Assembly (NCBI GenBank): GCA_951406725.2
Contig: OX597818.1
Coordinates: 64,790,001 to 64,854,000, forward strand
DNA length: 64,000 nt
From: Octopus vulgaris
Lineage: Eukaryota
Direction of reading: 5' to 3'
A program made the position numbers and the translations under genes. The notes under the pieces are model-generated. The model searched no databases and was not told the origin of the DNA. It worked only from the letters and a program-made list of their open reading frames with translations. Every line of letters begins with the position of its first letter. Position 1 is the first letter of the stretch. Shown in pieces: positions 42,690-54,139 of the stretch.

Positions 42690-42890
42690 GCGACACTCCC
42701 TCGGTTATGACGACGTGGCTTCCAATTGACCCGATCAACGGAACAGCCTGCTCGCGAAATTAACGTGCAAGTGACTGAGCACAACAAAGATGCGTGTGCC
42801 CTCAACGTAGAGATTCAGCATGACACAGAATGTGACAAGGCTGGCCATGTAAAATAGAAGTACGACAGAAGCAGGAAGAAAGTGTGAGAA
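42690..42890 (-). mobile_element. SINE body fragment of the 29386 family
   Basis: gatcaacggaacagcctgctcgcgaaattaacgtgcaagtg etc. Confidence 0.75.
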
Positions 42891-42900
42891 CTTGTTTATA

Positions 42901-43203
42901 GTGGAGGCACATGGCCTAGTGGTTAGAATAGCGGACTCGTGGTCGAGGGATCGCGGGTTCGAATCTCAGACCGGGCGATATGTGTGTTCATCGGTAAAAC
43001 GCCTAAGCTCCACGCGGCTCTGGCAGAAGTTAATGGCGAACTTCTACTGTCACTTTCGCCACAACTTACACTCTTTCCTCCTGCATCTTGCAGCCCACCT
43101 GCGACGGACCGGCGTCCCGTCTAGATGGGGAGCCTATACGCCAAGAAAACCGAGAAACCGGCCCTTATGTGTCAGGCATGGCTCGAAAAGGAACAAACAA
43201 ACA
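42901..43203 (+). mobile_element. tRNA-derived SINE with a different body and a (CAAA)n-like tail
   Basis: A box TGGCCTAGTGG, B box GTTCGAATC, tail ctcgaaaaggaacaaacaaaca. Second copy at 61409-61664. Confidence 0.85.
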
Positions 43204-43649
43204 GTGTTTATCAGTTCTGGTCTGCTTCTTTGTAATTGTATCAATGCGCAATTGTCAGTTACTCGTTTTCCTCCCCGACCGTATGGTACCGGTTTCACTC
43301 TCCCTAGGTGGAATCCTGAGCAAGTGTATTTTATTATAGCTTCGAGGCGGGCATAGCCTTTTAAGTGGACTTGTTCGATTGAAGTTGAAAGAAGCCTGTC
43401 CCGTATGTACGAGCGTGCACGTGTGTTAATTTTCTGTGTTTGTCCAATATCACCATTTGAAAACCGGTGTCGGTACGTTTGCATACCCGTAACTTAGCGT
43501 TCCAGCTATAGAACTGATAGAATAAGAAGCAGGCTGGAAGACCTAATTACTGGGGTCGATTAATTGACCAAAAACTCTTTAAGCCTGTGCCCCAGCTTGG
43601 CCCTGGTCTAATGACTGAAACAATTAAAAGATCGAAGATAAAATATATA

Positions 43650-43812
43650 TTCTTTTCTAATCTAGACACAATGCCCGAAACTTTCGGGGAGGGAGTCAGT
43701 CGATCAGATCGAACCAAGTACGCAACTGGTACCTAATTTATCGACCCCGAAAGGATGAAAGGCAAAGTCGACCTCGGTGGAATTTGAACACAGAACGAAA
43801 AGACAGACGAAT
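43650..43812 (-). mobile_element. Nin/Deu-core-like SINE, 5'-truncated
   Basis: ggtacctaatttatcgaccccgaaaggatgaaaggcaaagtcgacctcgg. Confidence 0.8.
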
Positions 43813-44735
43813 TATTCCAAAATATTCATAAAGCACATTCCTGTCACGAATAGCACACTCACGCACACTCACCAATGAATTACGTGTGCATTTGTGTGTG
43901 CTTGTGTATCTGTGTGTGTGTTTGCTTTCGTGTATGCATATGCACCTACGTGTACGTTCATAATTGTATACTTGCATGTCTGTCATCGTTCGTATGTGTG
44001 TGTGTGTGTATTTATTTTTCTGCATTGAAAACGAGGCTTTCTTCCCGAAAAATATTAGCTATGTTATGTTGAACTCGTTAAATTTATTGATAATTTTGGG
44101 ATTAATAAAATGACGTTACTTAGAAAACATTATTTCGTGAGTAAACATATATTCTCCATAATTCTATTGATTTCAACGAGAATAATAAAGTTAAATGCTA
44201 CATTTATTTCGATATTTATTCACATCAAAGCCATCTTTATATTCCGCAAGCAGTTACATTTTTCTTTGGTACGTATTTAATGGAATTTAAAATGAATTAT
44301 TTGTCATTGAAGAACAGCCATGCCATTGTAGCAAGAGGTCGTAGATATTTCGAGAAGAATAGCCCAAGGTAGATCAGTTTAACTCATGGAGCATTAACAT
44401 TTTTCTATGAACCACTTAAATGTCAATTTTAATGAAGTGGCTATTAGCATGTATTGTACTGTTTGTACCGGTAGATTCAGGTTCACAGATTCGTGATTTT
44501 CTGTGAGCTGCAAACGTTTTGTTGCTTTCTTCAACTGGATGTGAATTTGTCCAGATAATGGGCGTTGCTAATGAATTTCTTTCTTACTTAAGTAAGAACC
44601 TTCTTTTTTTTTTTATTATTCACGTCATATACACGCATACATATTTACATACATAAATACGCAGACACAAACGCATATATGTATATGAATGTGCATGTAT
44701 CTATGTATACGTGTGTATATGTGTTTGTGTGAGTG

Positions 44736-44773
<38 letters not shown>

Positions 44774-45092
44774 ATAATAAACATAATGCATTTTTCTAAT
44801 TTATATATATATGTATATATATATGTATATACATATATATATATACATATATGTATATATATATATATATATCATCTGCAGACACATGCATAGATACACA
44901 CATATGTGTATGTAGGTCTGCTGGTGTGTGTGTGTGTGTGTGTGTGAGCACGAGCGTGGGTTTATGATTTTGAGTATGAGAAAACCTACCTAACATCCAA
45001 GAACTTAATGCTTTGCAGAATATCGGTTTCTTTTGGAAGCGTTTTTCTCAAAGCAATAACTTGTGTATGTTTGTATGTCTACACACGCACAC

Positions 45093-45129
<37 letters not shown>

Positions 45130-45296
45130 TATACATTCCGGCACACATACAATTGCTTGCTGAACGTATATCCAGGTAAACAGGCAAAAGGTCATGAAAT
45201 ATTAATATTATGTCAATTACTGAATAATAATGAGATAGGTTTATAGTAAAACACACAAACACATACAAAAACACACTCACACACACACACACACAT

Positions 45297-45329
<33 letters not shown>

Positions 45330-45870
45330 CGTACATAGATACATATACATACATGCACACACACATATATACACAGTGAGATGAGTGTGTCACGTACCTG
45401 CTGACAAACTCATGAAAATATGCTTCCAAACACAAGCGATTGGATTGTCAACAGGCAGACGAAGATATACATAATTATATACATACACCTATATGCTGAG
45501 ATTATTAATATGTGTGGGTGTACAGATACGTGCATACACACATAAATGGATTACATATTATATATAAAACACGCTCACACACGCACATATACACATACAC
45601 ACAAGAAATACAAATAATAAATGCACAGAAAAACCGATGTATATATTCTTTTATTGTTTTACTTATTTCAGTTGTTTGACTGTGGACATGCTGGAGCATC
45701 ATCGTATATAAATGTGCATGTGTTTGCTTGTGCGTGCGTATGAATTGCCTTAATTGTTCTTTTTTTCTCACTCACTCGTTCTCCATCTCAATCTCTATCT
45801 ATCTATGTGTCAATCTATCTCTCTCTGTCTTACCGACTCTGTCTCACACTTCATATATATATATATATAT

Positions 45871-45905
<35 letters not shown>

Positions 45906-45928
45906 CATATATATATATATATACGTAC

Positions 45929-45969
<41 letters not shown>

Positions 45970-46336
45970 AAATGAGATAGGGGTTGAAAATTCAACCCAC
46001 CATGGGATAATATATATCCAATATACTGCTAGATAGGTACCCAACAAAAATAATACATAGATGTTAAAAATTGTCAAGCAATCAGTTCATCTATTGTATT
46101 AAATGGGTAAAGGTAATAATATTACCGTAAATTAATACTACAAAATTAGAGAATGGAGAAACATACTTAAATCAGTAAAACATCAACTATCCGATGATAC
46201 TCAATCCATACTTTAATACACCATTACATATGAGTAAAGGCAATATATAAAATGAAATGAGATATACAGTAATAGTAAAAGTAAAAAGATAAAGAGATAT
46301 AAGTAAAAAATTTCAAATATAATATGCAAATAAATC

Positions 46337-46452
46337 AAAACTGACAGCTGTTTCGGCAGTGAGGACAGTCATACCTCATTTAACCTATAAGCCATAAAGG
46401 CAGGTATAAATGAGGCATTAACAAGGATGCCCCACGGCCTCTTCAGAGAATT
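46337..46452 (-). ncRNA. Mirror hammerhead-like fold in the left arm
   Basis: Reverse complement of 47166-47281. Confidence 0.7.
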
Positions 46453-46787
46453 AAATTAAATTTGTTATAATAGTGAAAAATATTATATAATCATATACAT
46501 ATAAATATAAAAATATAAAAATGTAAAATATAAAAACTTATATATCATAATGCTACACTTATATAATATAATACACATTTGTACAAAAAGGAAGGTAAAC
46601 AGAACAATATAAAACAAAATATATAACAGTGTATATATTAATATTAATAAGTACCGATATTATACATATTTGGCTAATAGTTTTTTTTATAAAAAAAAGG
46701 CTAACACATATGGAGATGAAAAATAATAATTAAATCCGTGGTACAGTTCATAAAATTCTAAAGCTATAAAAGTTAATAAAAATTACT

Positions 46788-46851
<64 letters not shown>

Positions 46852-47165
46852 TAATAATAATAAAAAAATACTAAAAATAGATACAGTTAAGTTAGCACCA
46901 AGTCCATCCTTTCAAGATCGAAATAACTATATTAATATTATTAATATTATTAATATTATTATTATATATATTAATATTAATATATACACTGTTATATATT
47001 TTGTTTTATATTGTTCTGTTTACCTTCCTTTTTGTACAAATGTGTATTATATTATATAAGTGTAGCATTATGATATATAAGTTTTTATATTTTACATTTT
47101 TATATTTTTATATTTATATGTATATGATTATATAATATTTTTCACTATTATAACAAATTTAATTT

Positions 47166-47281
47166 AATTCTCTGAAGAGGCCGTGGGGCATCCTTGTTAA
47201 TGCCTCATTTATACCTGCCTTTATGGCTTATAGGTTAAATGAGGTATGACTGTCCTCACTGCCGAAACAGCTGTCAGTTTT
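47166..47281 (+). ncRNA. Type-I hammerhead ribozyme-like fold with canonical core and a very long stem II
   Basis: CTGAAGA (47172-47178), then GGC...GCC (47179-47263, internally self-complementary), GAAA, CAGCTG, TC (47274-47275). Stem I is weak (CT/AG plus outer A-U pairs). Confidence 0.7.
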
Positions 47282-47457
47282 GATTTATTTGCATATTATA
47301 TTTGAAATTTTTTACTTATATCTCTTTATCTTTTTACTTTTACTATTACTGTATATCTCATTTCATTTTATATATTGCCTTTACTCATATGTAATGGTGT
47401 ATTAAAGTATGGATTGAGTATCATCGGATAGTTGATGTTTTATATATGTTTCTCCAT

Positions 47458-47529
<72 letters not shown>

Positions 47530-47538
47530 CATATATAT

Positions 47539-47644
<106 letters not shown>

Positions 47645-50019
47645 AAGGCAAGAAGAAATTTCAAATGAAAGAGAACTGAAGAAGTATTAATTGCATGGAG
47701 TGCCAATATTGTAGTGGTATCTGTTGCTATAGTGAACATAAGAGTAGAAGTGGCGGGAAAAGTAGTCGAGAGGACCAGATCTAACGATGAGGTAAGGTAT
47801 GTAGTCTGCAAGGATTTCATGATGTCATGACAAGTATAAATCCATCAATGAAAAGAATAAATGGCCCGTGTACCCGCTGGAAACGAGGGTAGAGAAACAG
47901 AACGAAAATGTAATCTAGTTTGGTCGATATTTCATAGAGGACATGATAAAAGAGAGAATAAGGAAAACACAGGTGAATGTTTCGCACTTACACCTTTGCT
48001 AAGAGGACATAAAATAAGATAATCCTTACAAATTTTATTTAAAATTTTTCTACCCAACGAGTGTTTAAATTTCATCTAGGAAATGGAATGCCTTCAGTTT
48101 TCTAATAGAAAAGGATTTACTATATTTCCTTGATTCTGTTTTAGATTGTTTAATACTATGAGTCTTGAGACTATGGGAGATAGGTGTGTCTTTTCAATGG
48201 ATAGAAATAACTGAAGATGTATCAGAGACATGGAGAAGCGATCGTTATAGTGCTTATAGAAATGCGATCCAGCGGATTGCCGATCACTGCGCCAAACATC
48301 ATTAGCTTGTGCTTGTGATTGCAGTTTGTCAATACAGAAGTTTAAATTTCTGAGAATTCCATGCCATCACCTCGTAAATATGCCTGTGTACTTTATAAAA
48401 CATTCAAAACTGCTAAAAAATGAGATGTTAGTTCGAGGATTTAGCTACGCAGAGAAGGATACAGGTCACAACATCCTAGTATCGCGTTTATATTTTATGC
48501 TTTTCCATTTGTAAAATTTATTCAATTGATTGCACCTGCTAATTAATTATATTTGTGCATAATGAATTATTTCAAAGGCTGTATTATCTCTAGCGAAATT
48601 CGCATTTAAGAATCTGCTTTTCAAAGTCGAAACAGAATAATTTTCAATATTTGTTTCTGGAAATGGCGCTAATCTTTCTTTCATAATTTATGTTGAATTA
48701 TCTCTCCAACGCTTCAAATGCCACCTCATCGGATATTATTTCTCGAGACAGTGAAACGAATGCATTTCTTTTTTTTTATTATTATTATTAGAGTACGGAA
48801 TAACTTTACATTTATAAACACATTAGGATTTAATTAAAATTAATGCTTTAACAGGAGATAAAATTCAGTATTAATATCAAAATTCCAGAATTTCATTTTT
48901 ATTTCCATTTATTCATAATGTCGATCATTAGGAGTACCACACATTACGTACATGTGGAAGAATATAAAAGTTTAAATTACGTCAATATAATGTCGTATAT
49001 ATGATACCTACACACACACACACACACACATACACACATACACATATAATGTCTAACCTTCCTTGTAATTATAAATTATAAGCAATTAAATGCAAAAATA
49101 ATTATTGGGATAGATTGTTATGTCGTTTTGTTCTAAGTAGTAATTTATTTGAGAAAAACATGTAAAAATGAAATTATTTGAAATATGGAGGAGAAGAAAA
49201 TAACTAATAATTGATTGAAGAAATTTAGGAGAAATAAATTGCATTTTGGGGGTTTTTGTTCTTTTTCGTTTTTGTAATTACAAACATAACAAAATATTAC
49301 AACATAAATAGTAAAAATAAATATAATTACAAACTGAAGTTGCACCCGAGATTCAATAAATTCAATTAAAGTCAAGACGAACTTGTCATGTTATAATTAT
49401 GAAGTGATAATAACAACGATGAAAACGGAAGAAAAAAATCCCCAAAAGGCAGAAAAGAAATGGAATTTGCAAACAGTAAATCAGCAAAAAGACATGAAAA
49501 GAAAAAGATGCAAAATTTGAAATTAAAAATTAGAGAATGTGAAAAAATATAAACATTTCCGAATTAGAAAATTTGATTAGGAATGCGCAATTACTTTCAT
49601 ATGTTTGTAGGTTGTAGCGGATTGAGCTTTGAAACACATGCTTGTCGAAGGCCAGGTCTTAACAATAAGACGAAAATTTTGTTTTGTTGTTGATATTATC
49701 CGTGAGGTAGTGAGAGTGTCAACGTACATCACAGATCCGTTTTGTTCATAAATCCATTCTTTCAGAGCATGGAAGATACTATTCCTTGGGAGTGAAATGC
49801 GCAGTTACTATTGTTGCAGTGGCGCTAGGTGTGCAACCATACATTCTGCATATTAAAACACTCCATACACCTACGACCAGCTTGGAATTCATAATTTGAA
49901 TGGACAATTACGATGACATTGAAGCATATTTTGCCTTAAAAAGGTACAATATACTGGAATGAAATCATTCTTTTAAATCAAAATAATAATTGTTTGAAAT
50001 TTTAACACAAAAGTAATAA

Positions 50020-50910
50020 TTATTGAGGGTGGGGAGAATCAAGAACCAAAACTGGTACTTTATTTTATTGAACACGAAAGAACTTAAGGCAAATATGTCG
50101 AGGGCATGATTGGAACGAAAAAAGTTTAAAATCGGGTAGAAATACCGCAGCATTTTGCGCAACAGACTAAGGATTCTGTCAGCGTGACAGCATCAATCTA
50201 AAAATATTATTGTTTACAAAGTTTGGGATAAGGCCAAAATGAAAGTGCAAGTCGATTCCAATTATTCCATTGTCCAAATGGTACTTGTTTTCTTGACACC
50301 GAAAGTGTGAAATGGAATTTGACGTCGGTGGTATTAAAATTCAAAACAGAAACATTAACAAAATGACGCTAAGCATTTTTCCGGCATACCAAGTGCTCCG
50401 CCAGTTGCTGCTTTATAAATCTCAAAATAATAATCCTTTCTATAAGCACAAGGTTTGAATTTTGGTGGGAAAGATTCAGTCGATTACATCTACGCCAGTA
50501 TTTAATTGGTACTTGATTTATAGACCCCGAGAGGCTGAAAGGCAAAGTGGGCATCATTGGATTTTGAACTTATAACATAGCAACGGAAGAAATATCACTC
50601 AGTATTGCGCCCGGCATGCTAACAATTCTTTTCTACTCTAGGCACAAAGGCCGAAATTTTGGGAAAAGGCGTCAGTCGATTAGATCGACCCCAGTACGCA
50701 ATTGGTACTTAATTTATCGACTCCGCAGTAAAGAAATAGGTACTTAATTTATCGACTCCGGAGTAAAGAAATAGGTACTTAATTTATCGACGCCGGAAGG
50801 ATTAAAGGCAAAGTTGACTTTAGCGGAATTTGAACTCAGAACGTTGCGATAGGCGATATACCGCTAAGCATTGCGCCCGGTGGGCTAACGATCCTGCCAG
50901 CTCACCGTTC
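50020..50910 (-). mobile_element. Cluster of about four co-oriented Nin/Deu-core-like SINE copies of different ages
   Basis: Copies at about 50020-50190, 50225-50410, 50430-50625 and 50626-50910. Confidence 0.7.
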
Positions 50911-51271
50911 TTAATGCTCAAAATATCTTTTAAAAAACCATTTGACACAATATTTATATTTGAGTGGAGGTAAGTTATTATGAGACAGGTTTAACACTTA
51001 TTTCATGTGCGTTTAAATTTTTCGTTTTATTAGTCTTTTGTTTCAGTCATTTGACTACGATCATGCTGGAGCACTGCCTTTTATTCGAACAAATCGACCC
51101 CAGGTCTTATTCTTTGTAATCCTTGTACTTATTCTGTCGGTTACATTTGCAGAACCGCTAATTTACGGGGACGTAGACACACCACCATCATTTCACAAAC
51201 GGTGGTGGGGGAAAAACACAAACGCACAAACACACACATACATGCATACATATATGCATACATATATATAT

Positions 51272-51362
<91 letters not shown>

Positions 51363-51364
<2 letters not shown>

Positions 51365-51612
51365 ACAATATTAAGAAATGGCCTTGATAGGCCATTCGAC
51401 CCACTAGAAAGAGCAGCTAAACTCAAACCGCTAAATAGTTGTAATTCAGAAATTGAAAGAGAAATAAAAACGTTTACCCCTTTCATCTCTGGACTAAGGT
51501 AAATGTTTTTATTTTCCTTTGGTTTCTGAATTACAACTATTTAGCGGATTGAGTTTAGCTGCTCTTTCTAGTGGGTAGAATGGCCTATCAAGGCCATTCC
51601 TTAATATTGTTG
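51363..51612. repeat. Foldback inverted repeat with ~115-bp arms and a 19-nt loop, next to (TA)n
   Basis: 51363-51478 pairs with 51498-51612 (caacaatattaag.aatggccttgataggccatt... and its reverse complement). Confidence 0.85.
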
Positions 51613-51690
51613 AATGTACATTATATAGTCTGTTGACTATTTTTTCTTTCTCACTGGACGGCTGGTGGCGAAAAATTTCTCTTGAATTTT

Positions 51691-52136
51691 TTGCTACCCT
51701 GATATTGATTAATATGACGGACTTTTTTCGGTTTCCGTCAACCAAATCCAATCACAAGGCTTTGGTCAGCCTAAGGCTATAGTAGAAGACACTTGCCCAA
51801 GGTGAGACTGAACCCGGAACCATGTGGTTGGTAAGCAAGCTACTTACCACACAGCCACTCCTTGTTTATTTTTTTATACTCCTCTCGTGTAATTATCAAC
51901 ACTTAATTAAATCAAACCAATTGATCTTCTGTCATTGATGCGTGAGTCTATGAACCATTTATAGAAAATTAATTAAAGAGCTGAAACGTAATCCATATCA
52001 TTCATAACGTCAAAATTGCAAACCTCAGTTAAACATATTCCTATCAATTTACAAATAATGCATGAAATGATTTGTGGCTGTGTGGTAGGAAGTTTGCTGC
52101 CAAACCAAATGTTTTCAGATTCAGTTCCTCTTCGTG
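51691..52136 (+). repeat. Direct duplication, copy 1 (SINE on -, unique spacer, SINE head on +)
   Basis: Near-identical to 61803-62260. Confidence 0.9.
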
Positions 52137-52179
52137 GCACCTTGGGCAAATGTGTTGTATATAGCGTCGGTCCGACAAT

Positions 52180-52942
52180 GGCGAGCTCGCAGAACAGTTA
52201 GCACGCCGGGTGAAATGCTTAGCGGTATTTCGTCTGCCATTACATTCTAAGTTCAAATTCCGCCGAAGTCGACTTTGCCTTTCAGGCTTTTGGGGTCGAT
52301 TAATTAAGTACCAGTTGCGCACTGGCGTCGATATAATCGACTTAATACGTTTGTCTGTCCTTGTTTGTCCCCTCTGTATTTAGCCCCTTGTGGGTAGTAA
52401 AGAAATAGGTACTTCGTCTGCCGCCACGTTCTGGGTTCAAATTCAGCCGAGGTCGAATTTGCCTTTCATCCTTTCGGGGACGATTGAATAAGTACCAGTT
52501 ACGCACTAGGGTCAATATAATCGACTTAATCCGTTTGCCTGTCTTTGTTTGTCCCCTCTGTGTGTAGCCCCTTGTGGGCAGTAAAGAAATAGGTATTTCG
52601 TCTGCCGCTACGTTCTGAGTTCAAATTCCGCCGAGATCGAATTACTTTTTATCCGTTCGGGGTCGATTAAATAAGTACCAGTTACGCACTAGGGTCAATA
52701 TAATCGACTTAATCCGTTTGCCTGTCTTTGTTTGTCCCCTCTGTGTGTAGCCCCTTGTGGGCAGTAAAGAAATAGAAATAGGTATTTCGCTGTCTTTACG
52801 TTTTGAGTTCAAATACCGCCGAGGCCGAATTTGCCTTTTATCCTTTCAGGGTCGATAAATACAGCATCAGTTGTGTACTGGGGTCGATCTAATCGACTGC
52901 TCTCCTTCCAAAAATGTTAGGCTTTCTGCCAAGAGTAGAAAC
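52180..52942 (+). mobile_element. SINE multimer: four cores with a 184-bp period
   Basis: Core starts at 52224, 52408, 52592 and 52781. Single head at 52180. Confidence 0.9.
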
Positions 52943-52993
52943 GGATATCTTGTGAGTAGATTTCCTGGACCGAAATTGAAAGAAAACTCTGTC

Positions 52994-53030
<37 letters not shown>

Positions 53031-54139
53031 ACGCGCATGTGCATTCAGCCACCATTTGACAACAGATGTTGGAGTGTTTACGTCCCCGTACTATAGCGGT
53101 TCACCAAAAACAGAACGATGGAATAAGTACCAGTTTTAATAAAATACAATAAAAAGTGTAATGTTAAATCGGTTGGACTTAAATTAGTCAAGGTGGTGCT
53201 CCAGCATGATTGTAGTCTAACGATTGACGCAAGCAAAGCATAAAAGAGAAAAGAAACATGGCAGGAAAAAAATGTTAATCACTGACAAACTGTTGCTGAA
53301 AGTATTTATAAGACAGTATCGATATTTTCAAAATGTAATTTCCGTTTTAACGACTGAAAAGCTGTCCAGTGACAGAAGTACATTAACTTGTTAACACAGA
53401 CATAAGTCATGATTTGCTAACTTTTTCATGATTCATTCGGTATTATGAATACATTTTAATACAACTTCCATATTTATTGTGTGTGTATTTCGTATAAATA
53501 TATTCATTCATCGTGGGTCAATCATCCTCTTAACACCTCCATATATAACATCATTTCCACTTGATATCTTCTTGATATGTATCGCAATAATTTTTTCATT
53601 CTAAACATAATCGATTGTTATAGAGATGGTTTACACTATGTTTTATCGAAAATTTCCTAACTGTATACATTTAAAATAAAACCGTGTTTTATTAAATGTT
53701 ACACGACTGTATATAAAAGGGTGTCATTGGTGACATTTGTTGAATTTTGATACATAAGACTAAAATATAAATGGTAAAAACAGCCGTCACTTGCGTCTAT
53801 GGATTTGTAGCACGGGCTATTTTATTGTCAAGAAATCCTGGGACCTACTTTGTTGGAGGTAGTCATCTGTATTGTTTCACAAATAGACCTGTCAATCAGA
53901 AAATCATGCAGCCTGAACAGCCAGAGGCAAAGTGGGTTGAGACAACTCACATGTTTCTCGTGAGAAGTCAATAAGGAAAAAAAAACAAAAAAAAAACAAA
54001 AACAATAACATTTCAATTTAATTACACTATTGTTTGAGAAATACACAAAAGATATAATTTGATAATAGATTTACATATTCTTATTTGTGCAAATACTTTA
54101 CAAAATCAGTAACAAAATAACAAAGAAAATATTAAACAA

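Larger units (their letters stand above)
45971..47463. mobile_element. Element between (TA)n tracts with ~500-bp inverted arms (46147-46649 and 46969-47463); putative Penelope-like inverted pLTR structure
   Basis: Arms are near-perfect reverse complements with one small indel near the outer end. The ~320-bp spacer contains (TAA)n. Each arm has a canonical hammerhead core. Confidence 0.75.
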
